The notes under the pieces: generated by a model | What the model was told of the DNA's origin: nothing | What the model saw: the letters and a program-made list of their open reading frames with translations, nothing else | Database searches by the model: none | Shown here: piece by piece, positions 25,294-37,200 of the stretch | Position numbering within the stretch: position 1 is the stretch's first letter | How the letters are laid out: each line of letters opens with the position of its first letter | Source: Chrysomallon squamiferum | Taxonomy: Eukaryota; Animalia; Mollusca | Reading direction: 5' to 3' | Assembly (NCBI GenBank): GCA_012295275.1 | Contig: CM022665.1 | Location: forward strand, 23,808,001-23,872,000 | Length of the DNA: 64,000 nucleotides | Program-made: the position numbers and the translations under genes

Positions 25294-25450
25294 GATTTAC
25301 ATTAGAAATCCAAGCAGTTCAAGTATCAAGTTGAAATAGCACAACCAAACCTATAAACATAGTTGACATTGTCACTACTATGAGCAACTGCTGTTTAACC
25401 TGTTAATACGCTGCTTTTGCGATTGAAAACAAACGGGAAGTACCAGTTAG
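25294..25450 (-). other. Candidate non-coding first exon / TSS region of the PTPN14/21-like gene
   Basis: Consensus donor ATC|GTAAGT at 25294/25293 next to a CpG-containing patch. The first coding exon has a splice acceptor at 19675-19676, so an upstream exon is expected. Confidence 0.4.
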
Positions 25451-25471
25451 TTTGAGAATTAATCATATTGG

Positions 25472-25473
<2 letters not shown>

Positions 25474-25535
<62 letters not shown>

Positions 25536-25615
25536 TATGTATATATATATGTATATATATATATGTATGTATATATATATGTATATATATATGTATGTAT
25601 ACTATATATATATAT
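25474..25615. repeat. Compound (GT)n-(TA/TATG)n microsatellite
   Basis: Direct reading; it explains the spurious ORFs 25452..25673 and 25468..25707. Confidence 0.92.
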
Positions 25616-26184
25616 ATTATTATTTTTTTTTTTTTTCATTTGTGGTGAGGGTATATACTTATTATACTACTAGTGAAAATAGACACATATTATTAAATAT
25701 TAATTAATTAATTAAAACATTTAAAATTATTTTAACAGATTTGTAAGATATAAATGTTATAATTTACAAACAAAAGAAACAACGTAACACTGATTTGCTG
25801 GTTAAAATATTTAATATATATTTTTTTTGTTCAAAAAAAAGTAAACTTATTACATTTTAATTTCACTTTTCGATCAGTGCTTCAAGATGATATACATTTT
25901 ACTTATCTATTTACTTTTTTTGTTTGTTTTTGGTTTGTTGATGAAAATTAAGTTGGAAAGAAACATATGGCATATTCATACTCATCAAATATAGCTGTTA
26001 TATATTTTCTTATCTAATTACTTTCTATTCGTTTCAATTTTGTTTAAAATTATTAATATAACTATTTTCGCCTAATTTTCGATTTTAAAACTAATCAGAG
26101 CAAATAACAGAAATTTAGAGTTCAGATTTTCTTAAGTTCGTTTGTGGCTCTTTACGGTTGAAACACAGCACTGTAAATTCATTA

Positions 26185-26211
26185 TGCGCATGCGTAAGCG
26201 GGAAATTTGAA
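26185..26211 (+). promoter_or_regulatory. NRF1-like site + E2F site + CHR element (cell-cycle promoter module) upstream of CENPF
   Basis: TGCGCATGCGTA (26185-26196), GCGGGAAA (26198-26205) and TTTGAA (26206-26211). A donor AAG|GTAAAA at 26292/26293 follows, consistent with a short non-coding exon 1. Confidence 0.65.
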
Positions 26212-27869
26212 GTTCGATGAATATTTTTTATTTGTATTATATGTTTAAATAACACAATATAGAATATTTTTCAACATTACTAACTAGATAAGGTAAAACT
26301 ATTTTATTATTTTTAACGATGATTGTGGCAGTATAAAACTCCATTAATAATATATAAGTGTAAATATGAAAGTGACAGAAACAGAAAGTTCAAAAACAAT
26401 TTGAATTCTGATTTCAGTTGGCTATTCGGAGTATTCCGATCGCTGCAAAACAATTGCCCGCCGATATCGGACGATCGTTTTATTACTTTGCATAAAGTGA
26501 TATTTGGAGTTATATCATGGTTAAATATAATTTCATGACATATACATAATAATGATAATACAATAATTTTAAAATTATTTTTGAAAAGTAATTTGTATCT
26601 TATTTATTTGCGGTTTTTAATACATTTTTATGATTTAAAAAAAAATTATTTATCGATATAATCATAATAATGGAAGCCGAAATTTAATAAATGCATTTAT
26701 TGGTAGAAAAACATTATTTATATTTAACTAGTTATTTGAAATTGTATTTGATTATGGATATTATTAATGAAATGGTATCCTTCACTTGTACCTTACTATC
26801 TTAGGTTAAGACTGTAACAGTAACATTGTAAATGTAACATGTTCAATGATGTTGAAGTGAATTACATATAATGATAAATTATTCAAATATTGGTTATTGA
26901 ATTACTCTCTGCCTGGAAATGTATTTTCAGTTTAACACATGTGGTAACTGAGAAATTAAAAACTAATGATTTTTCAAAATTTGTTTTTATGTGTATTTAG
27001 AAAAGTCTACATTATTATTATATTGGTTAGATCTAAGGTCTGAAACATGATTATGATAATGATAGATCCTAGATCATACCTTTTCAGTCTAGTCAATATA
27101 TTCACTAGGTTAGTTTTTAATCCAAAACTGATTTATTGGCAACAGTTATCTCTTTTTTTGTGTTATCATTTTACAAAAATCCCACCATTGACACCTGTAA
27201 ACCATTAACACTAACGTGTACAAGTGTCATTAAAGAAATTTGAAATTTTAGCAGAAATGAACCTTCATCAGTCGAAATCAGATACGGAATCTTTGTGTTT
27301 TCAAAGCATTCACCAGGTATGAAATGCCAGAATGAATAAAATATAGGCAGATTGATACATTTGTTAACTTGGGTTTTCTCTTTCATTTTTTTGCCTTGTG
27401 TTAAGGTTGGTATGATATTAAACATCAAATTAACCGATATTTTTTTTTCAATTTGGCAAGATGATTGGAATAGTGCAGTTGCAAACAAAGTTCTTTCTGT
27501 CAAGGCAGCCTTTGGAGACTAGCAGGATGGTATAGTGTTGTGTCATTGTTGCACTGGTTATACTTATTTGACCAGTTCAGTTATCCTGAAAAGGGATCGT
27601 TGACCTCAGTGTGAACACTGTCACTATTCTCTGACAATACACCACATTTTTTGGAATGTCATTATCTTAAGCAGATTAGGAAAGTTATGTAATGGAATCA
27701 TTTTGATTCCATCCTGAACTTATTTGAAAATATTTAAGTTACAACATATTACTTTAAATTTTAATTTAATCAAACCCGTACTTTTAATTTTGCACAGCTT
27801 TTTACACTGTGTTTTAATTAATTTTTGAATTTTTCTGTATAATGTAATCACCATTTTTGTTGTATTTAC

Positions 27870-27935
27870 CTTTGGTTTGACACCCAGTAGCTGATATTTA
27901 TACTATGCTGGGGTGTTTTAAATATCCATTCATTC
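27870..27935 (+). repeat. SINE-like 3' tail, copy 1 (stem-loop + CATT tail)
   Basis: tttgacacccagtagctga...tgctggggtgttttaaatatccattcattc; similar to 53686-53752. Confidence 0.55.
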
Positions 27936-28259
27936 TTTATTTTCTTTTTTCTTTTGATTGTTTGATTGATATCGTTTTCTAAAAGTAGTCAAAGTTTGGC
28001 ACAGTTACTCAAATGATGATTAAAAATATTAGATATGTTAAAAAAACAATTTAAAAAATTGCTTGCATTTTGATTTCATTATAAAATTATACAGATGTCT
28101 ATAGCATTTTAACAAAATCTAATTTGATGAGACTTGCTGCTGTTTAATACATACCTTTTTAAACTTTCCAATTTGGAAAAGTACACTCTAAAAATATAAA
28201 AGATAAAGTGTGCTTATATGGTACTAATTTGTATTGATAATCTTTTCAGACATGCCAGC

Positions 28260-31200
28260 ATGAGTTGGGTGGCAGATGAATGGAAAGATGGATTACCAGC
28301 TCGGGCATTACAGAGAATAGAACAAATTGAGAAACAGTTCGAACGCATTAAAAAAGAAAGAGATCAAAAGCAGTTTCAATTAGATAGTCTAGAACAGGTA
28401 ATCCATATATTTACTAAGACACAGTTAGTGAAAAAAAGAAATGTTTTTGAACCTGTACTTCAAAAGAGTATTATTACTTAATATTTGATAGCCTTTGGAT
28501 GTGTATTGTTGTTTAGATAAATATCATTACTACATTTTTCTTTGCATGAAGAATTATTTATACGCCCCTGATAACAATAATGAGAATAACTAATTTATTT
28601 TGAAATGTAGTGAAAGGAAGAGTAAATGTGTTATTATAAGATTGATTGTTTCATCTTTCATTATCCTGAAACAGATAATGTTGTAATGAAAATATGAAAT
28701 TGCAATTTTATATATAATTTTATATATAATTACTGGAAACATCTACTGAAATGTATTACTAACTTTGTATTCTCCTCAACTGCAGGCACTACAGAATCAG
28801 AAGCGTAAATACGAAGAAGAAAAGAATGAACAAGTACGTCTAAAACGCGAAAACCAGTCTCTGTTGGAGTCTTGTGATGACTTAGAAAAGAAGAGAGAAA
28901 AACTTCAGCAGGAACTACTTACAAAAACAAACCACCAGTCATGCTTGGAGGGACAACTGTCACACTGTAAACAAAGTATTGACACAGAGACTCATAAGGT
29001 ATATTATAATAATTTGTAGTGAAGGAGAAATTTGGTTGTTATCTATGACAAGGAAGCAAAGTAATTTTGTTATTTTTGTGGCTTTTTTTTTTTATAGAAA
29101 TTACAAATAAATTAACTACTATTAAAACAATGTTACTTGCTAAGTGGTTTTTGTTTTTGTTTTTCTTAAGACATTCAAATGTAGTCATACTTTCAGAAGC
29201 ATAAAAAACACAACAAAAAACCCCCACAGAATTATTATGATTTAATGTAGCTTAATATACAAATATTTCTTTTTTGTTTTGTTTAGTTTCAGAATCACAG
29301 ATGTTATAAAATTAAATTTATGTGTTTTGATTTTAAAGGCCAGTCAGCTGAAACATGAACTTGAACAGTCTCAGAATGCTCATAATGAGTCACTTAAAAA
29401 GCTGGAGAAACTTTCAGCAGATCACCAGAAATTACAAGAATATTCTAACCACCAAAAATCACAACTTGAAACTCAAAATGAAAAGATTCGCAATTTAGAA
29501 GTTGAAGTCAAACGACTGCCTGCAGTGGAAAACAGAGGCAATAATAATAGATTGCCAACCAACACAATCAACAATGATGGTAAAATTTTAAATTAATTTT
29601 TAAAAAAACAACTTTTGTATCAACTTTATCCTTTATGTAAAGTGTTCAACACAATATAATAATAATTTTTGTCAAATGTGAACTTTTATGATAGCCAGGC
29701 AGAGACATAGTCTGATCATTAGATCTTAGATTCAGCATGTATTTCTGTTGGGAAACTAATATAAGATTTATTTGTAGATGTATTGATTTAATTTCATTAT
29801 TTTCTCCAGCTGACACTGTTAAACAATGAAGCTATATGAAAGTCTAAAGAAATAATGTTTCCCTATTTCTGATAAGAATTAACCATTCTTAACTTTCCTG
29901 TTTTATTTTGCAATTTTTAATTCTAATTTATAGGTTTTTATAAGCTACAGATATCATTTGAAAATAAGTTTCCACTGATTTCATGTTACATGCATTGTAG
30001 CTGATAACATAAAATATTGTGGACGCAGTACATTTTGCACACACACACAGGCACATGCATACATACACTTGTGTAATATTTATAGTGAATACAGAGGAAC
30101 TAAAGAAACAACTTACAGAGGTGATGTCACAGAGAGAAAAGGAACAAGAAGAATATAAATATCTTAAAGATCAGCTAAATATCCTACAGTCACAAGTAAT
30201 TATATTTATTTAAACAACTAAATAATATTTCTTTTATTTAGATTGAAATAAATCATAATAAAATTTTACATATTTTCCGACAACTACTTTAGAATTTTGT
30301 CAGTATTAAATTTTAAAAATTACTGTTTTTTAAAAGTAATATTATTTCATTTACTTGTTAATATTAATGATCAGTGTTTGAGGCAGCTTCAGTAAAATTG
30401 TGATTCAGGTTCATTGCTTAAAAAAAAAAAAAAAAAAAAGGTAACAAATTCATTAAATATATGTTAAATTATTTGTAAATTTTCAAAAATTAAAAAATAG
30501 TAAGGGTTTATTCTTTATTATTATTACTTATTTTAGAATAATCCAGATTGTAACAAACTTCTGTTGGAACTTGAAAGTTTGAAGAGAGAGAAAGATGAGT
30601 TAAATTTAAAGCTGACTCATCAGAAGCAAACAGCTTCAACCCAAATACACGAGAATCAGTCCAGCACTAGTGGATTGTCCAGCCTGCAGTTTGATCATGT
30701 TGAACAAAAGGATAAATTCAAGAAAGAAAATGATGGTGAGTAATTATTTCATCACCACTGAACATTTAATACAGGTAGGTGTTTATCAAATGTTTAGATT
30801 ATTATAATTATATTTCTTGTAAATTATTTAGGAAAAATATCTCCATTACAAAATTAATAGATTTAATGAATCCAGTTTTGACAGTGTCCACTATATATAG
30901 AAGGGACTGTCAAAACCAGATTTACAAGGGACCCATGAGATATACTGTTTTAAACAGAGTGCCAGTTTATAAATATTAAACTTGAAACTGGAAGATGTTT
31001 TATTATAAATATTACAGTTTAAGATCTATTGAGTGTCTGCTGAGAAATAGTCTGATGACTCTGTTTTTGGGTGTTTTTTTTATTATTATTATTCATATTA
31101 CTTTCCAAAGCAAACTTCTATCATGGCCTCCATGTTTAACATTGGTTGCAAAAGTCTGCTTTCTGTAGAAACAGCAAAACATTTAATTTGTTTTATTGTT

Positions 31201-34200
31201 TTAAGAATGTGTGTATATGAAAATTCTGTCATTGGGTCATTGTGTGTACTATCAGTCCATTCAGATTTTTTAATTTGTGATTGTTACTCACTGCAGAAAT
31301 GTTGTTTCTGTCAAATTATGTTTATTAATGAATCATTAATTATATCAATAGCTGCCAAAAATGGATTGTTTTACTGTTGTGATTAGAGATTGACAATAAA
31401 CACAGTTCTTTTAAATTTGTATACAAATTAAATTAATTGAGATGGACATGATAACTACAGAATTACATGTACAGTGAAGATTACAATTAACAAATGAACA
31501 TAAGTAGAGACTCAAGATATCAGGCTTCAAGTATCATAAATCAAACATAAGAATAAAACTTTTGTTAAATAATTTTATCAGTTATGGCATGAATCTATAT
31601 AAAATACCCTGTTAAAGGCCCTGTTTTGTTATAGACAGCACATTGATGTATACAAGTAGATGTTTAATTTTAGGTTTGTGACAATGTCTTGGTTATGTCA
31701 TATTACTTCATTTCGCCTTTACAAAACCTCACTGCTCCCTATTTTTCATGCCTATAGTGATTCTGCATAACTAATTCTTTCTGTTTACACAGTGGGTTTG
31801 ATGGCAACTTCTATTAATTTTGCTTTAGAAAGTTTGATTCAGTGCCATTTTTTAGGATGCTCTGCCATTACAACGAATTCTATAAGACAATGCAAACTGT
31901 GCACCATACATATTTATGCAAACTTCAGCTTTTTGATTACCAAATCTAAATGAATGAATTCACTTAGGTATCAACACACACTAATAATAATCTTGTTCCT
32001 TTAGATGCATATAATAATTACAAAACGTTTGACAATATTGTTTATTAAGCCTTCAAAGACATGCACATATATATAAACATATAAAATGTATTTTTGCATT
32101 ACTGTTTGACTTTTATTTGGATAAATGATGAATGTATGTGCATGTCAGTTTTCAAAACATATAGACTGTATTTCAGCTTTGAAAATTGGAAATGCCAATT
32201 TGGAACTGCAGATTCAAGCCAAAAATAAGCAGGTGCAAGAACTGAATGCCAGGCTTCAAAAGCTTGAAGCTGATATGAGTCAAACAGATTGTGCCATGAT
32301 TAATAAAGACAAACTGGTGAATCAGTATAAGGCTGAGTGTTCCAAACTGAAAACTGAGACAGACCAACTGCAGAGCAAGGTACAGTTTAATATATTTATA
32401 CAAAATAGTTTATCATCAATTGGTTTGTCTTTTGTCTAATTCAGCAATAGTAGGATAACAATTAAAATTTTTGGAGCTTAAAAGAAACAAAAATTGCATA
32501 TAATTATTGAAACAGAATAATTTAAAGTAAAAGCCATGTCAGTAGTATTCAAGAAATTTAATTACTTTTCTTTACTAGGTATTAGAATTAGAAAATAAAA
32601 ACAAAAAACTTAAGCAAGAAATAGCATGCAGTCAACACAATGCAGAGGCTGCTCACAAGGCTTTGGAACAGAAACTAAAGGAAAAAGAGAAGGAACTGAA
32701 ATTAGAACTTTCAGAACAGATGCAAGAAGCCCAAACAGCTGGAAAGTTATTGGAGGAGACAAAACACAAAATGCAGCAAGAAATTAACCAGGTATATCTT
32801 GGTTTATTTTCAGTAATTTGTAATTTAAAAAAAAAATGTTATCTATTAATAGAACATGAAAACTATGTATACCTCTTCATAAATAATGGTGATAACTGAA
32901 GATATATTTTTTGGTTACAATGGCAAAGATGTTAACTACTGAAAGGAAGTTAATTTATACTTGGAGGAGAGTAATACAATGAATAAAATAGTTTTTGTAT
33001 ATTACTGATAGAAAAGTTTTAATTTACTTTGAATGGTCTTAATATTTGTAAAATTTGACTCATTCATTTTTTATATTTCTGAAATAATACCAATTTTAAA
33101 TTATTGTGTGAACATTAAGATTATTATATTTAACATTTTTAGTGTTCTGTTCCGTAAAACTAATATACTTTTTTGTTGTTTTTTGTTCATAGGAAAAAAA
33201 TGAAGCAAACAAAGTTCAACATGAGATGGGCCTGCTTCAAAAAGATCTCAGTTTACAGACTAAGAAAATGGAAAAACTGAACCAGGAGATGACTGAAGTA
33301 AGACAGAGTAGTGAGAAAAGGGTAAATTCTCTTGCTGAAGAGAAGAACAAATTGGAGAAGCTGTATCAGATGCAGCTTACAGAAAAGGAGGAGGAGCTGG
33401 CTACCAGAGATGCAAAAGTAAATCAACTTGCAATGGAACTGGATAAAGTAAGACATTGTTTTTCTGAGTTGCAAGTGACATATGACAAACTGAAGACGGC
33501 ACACAATGAGCTAAAAGAAGAGAAAATGGATTCAGAGAAAGCCTGCACAGGTCTTGGTGAAAAAGTGGAGGATTTGAAACGAGATAGGACCATCTTGGAA
33601 GACCAGCATACAGCACAGCTGCAGAACATGAAGACTAGTTTGGAAATGTCTCAACAAACACTACAGAGTATGTATTACAAATATTATTTGAATGTTCAGA
33701 ATTTATTCCACTGTTATTAGAAACTTTAAAATTGTTATTATGATGTTACTTAAAATTCTTATTATTATGTCACTTAAAATATTTATTGAAAACGATATAT
33801 CAAAACAGTTGGCATCTTACTGAACAAATGATTGTTCATTTGTATATACATTTATTTAAATTGCTTTTTACATATTTTATGTTTGTGTTTTTTGTTTTGT
33901 TTTTTTAGAATCTTCTTAGTATCTAAACTGTTGTATTTGTTTCAGTTGTCATTATTTTTTTTAAATGATTATTTCAGAAATGCAAGCTGAACAAAAGTCA
34001 TCTAATGATCAACTGTTGTCTTGCACATCAAAACTTTCAGAGATGGAGAAATTTGTTCAGTCCTTAGAGAGTGAAAAAACATTACTGAATGAGAAACTGC
34101 AACATTCTGAGAGTTCTCTTGTGCAGCTTACACAGGAACACAGGTGAATTGATATTGGTTTTGTTATCTTTGATTTAATGTGTTCATTTACTAGATCTGA

Positions 34201-37200
34201 ATTTCTGCTTTGCTTCACAGATATGTGGTAAGTTGTTCCAATATGTTTTAAGAAATCATTGGTCAGGCATTATGTATTTTGTCAAATATAAGTGAAGAAA
34301 TAAATAGGAATTCAAATCATTCTGTGTAACTGCTTTGGCTGTATTATTTTTAAGGAGCATGTTCATGTGATTATTTACCATATGGTTTATTTTATGCAGA
34401 GAAAAAGACCAGTGTAACAAGTTTTTATTCTGAATATGTATATAATATTAATTAATACTGCAATTAATTAACATTTTAATTTTTAAGAATTTCTTTTTGC
34501 TTTTTTTTAAAATGAAAAGTGCAATAGTCTCATCAGTGGAATCATTAAAAGTGCAGATAACAGAAAAAGAAGAACAGTTAGAGAAAACAACCTCAGAGCT
34601 AGAATCTTTAAAGGAGTCAATGAAGCATAAGGACAAACACCTTGCTGGTAAAATAAAAATTTGAAATACACTAGTGATAAAACTTTTAAAAAATTGAAAG
34701 AAGTGAAAAATATTTAGAATATTTAAACAGAAACAGATTATATTAGCAAATAGAGTAGTCTAATAGACTGAAAAGTAAAATGTTTGAAAAGTTTGTTTGA
34801 ATATTTTAGATTGCAAATTCTTGGCATGTCTGTTTCTTATAAGATTAATAAAACAGTATTATCGGAATATTGGTGGTTCAGTATCATTAATGTTACTTAT
34901 TTATTTTGTTTTCAGACAGCAAAGAAACTTGGCTGGAAACTACTAAAAAACAGCAGAACATTCTAAATGAAAAAACCCAAGTTATTATTGATCTTGAAAA
35001 GAAACTGAATGATCAACAAACAGAAATGGACAAGTTACAGTGTGAGTACAACATTTCACTTAATCAGATTGAGGAAATGAAACATCTCCAACAGACAAAA
35101 AGCAGTGAAATTGAAAATATGAAAGAGAGAATTATTTCTCAAGACATCAACCTCTCAGAATTTGCTGAAAATTTAAGTCAAAAAGATTCCAGATTGTTAG
35201 ATATTGAAGCTCAGAATTCTAGTTTGCACAGCCAGACTGTTGCACTGAAAGATAAAGTAGAAACACTTCAGCAAGATTTTCAGAAGAAGGTTGCTGAATT
35301 AGATGAGACACAAAAATCCTTGGATACAGTTCATTCATCAACAGGTAAACAGTTGTCTCAGCTTCAGACAGAGCATACTAATTTGATAGAAAAATTAAAT
35401 CAAGCTGAAGTTGCTTTACAAGATAAGACTCATCTCTGTGAATCCCTTGAAAATGAATTGTCTAATCTTAAAAAAGAAGCTGCTGAGATTAATGCCCAAC
35501 TGTTAGACAGAGAAGAAGGTTTGAAAGAAAAGCAGAGACAGACTGAAGAAGAAAAGGAAAAATGTGACAGTGCTTTGAAACAAATGACTGATGAAAAGAC
35601 TGTGCTTCTTCAGCAAATATCAGATTTGAAAAATACCAACTCACAAATGCAGTCAAAGTTAGACACAATTCAGATGGATTTGGAAGATTATACAGAAACT
35701 TCACAAGGACTAACTGAGCAACTGCATCAAGCTGAACAGAACATCCAAAAGTTGAATGACTCCTTGGCTGAAAAACAGAATCATTTAGATGAAATGCAGC
35801 AAAATCTTGATCAGGCATCTAGAAGAATTAAAGAATATGAAGATTTGATCCAAGAATTGACCCAACAAAAGCATCATGTCAGTGAAGTGCTGGAACAACA
35901 GAAATCTCTTATAGAAAAAAGTAATAGGCAGATAAATCAGGAACATGATAGATACCAAGAAATATTAAAAGAATGTCAGATGTTGAAAGAGAATCTTCAA
36001 GCTGCACTAGATAATAATGCTGAACTCATGAAAAAAATAGAACTGTATGAAAGTTGTATAGCAGATAAGGATAACACTATTGAAAAACTACAGATTCTGT
36101 TGACAGAAAAAACAGAAATGATCAGTAATTTTGAGGCAAAATGTTGTAATCTCACTGAAGAATTAGAAAAAATACAAAAAACCCTTGAGCAAAACCAACA
36201 ATCAAATGAAAAACAAACAGAACTGAACTCACACTTGAGTGAAAAAAATGCTTCTCTAGAGACTGCATATTCATCATTGGTAGCTGCCTCCACCAAAGAC
36301 ATTGAAAATCTAAATGTCAGATTAATTTACAAGCAAGAGGTTTTTGATAGAAAACAAGAAGAATCCAGACAAAAGCATAAACAGCTTGAAGAAGATAAAT
36401 TTGCTTTGCAGAAACAAATTAAAAAGCTACAAGAAGAACTTTCAGTGTCTCAGACTTCTTTTTTCGAAATACAAAATGAAATGAAGCTGTTGCAGAAAGA
36501 AATGGAAGCTGCTGATAGCAATATTAGGTCAAGAGAAGAAAATCTACATCTTAAACTGACACAGGCAGAAAACGAAAACATGGATTTGAAACACAGTCAA
36601 CAGGATACTGAACAGAAAACCATAGCTCTCATACAAGAATTGAACAATCAGAAGGCAACCACTGAAGAAGCTCAGTTGAAGATCACCAATATGCAAGAAG
36701 AACATGACAAGAAATGTGCTCAGTTGGAAATGCAGTGTGAAGAACTGACAGAAAATCTCAGGAAAATGGAAGCTTTAACTGAAAATCTAAAACAAAGTTT
36801 ATCTGCAAAGGAAAATAGAATAGCTGAATTGGAACAGAATGCACAAGAAGAAACACATGTTCAGAATTATTTGAAAACACAACTGGATGACAACACTAAG
36901 TGGTATAATCAAGAAAAATCCAAATTACAAGAAAGAATAATTGCTCTTGAAGCCCACTTACAAAATAGTGAAGAAAAAAGACAGCAACTTGAAGTAGATA
37001 TTACTAACCAGCTTATGGCTAAAGACAATGAATATCAAGATAAGATAACATCTTTGATAAAGGAAAATTCTTCTGCAACTCTGTTAGTGACCAGAAAGGA
37101 TGAAGAAATAGAACATCTGAAACAACAATTGATGGCAAAAGAACAAGAAATTAATTTACAACTAGAAATAAGTGTTGCAGAATACAATTTAGTAGAAAGT

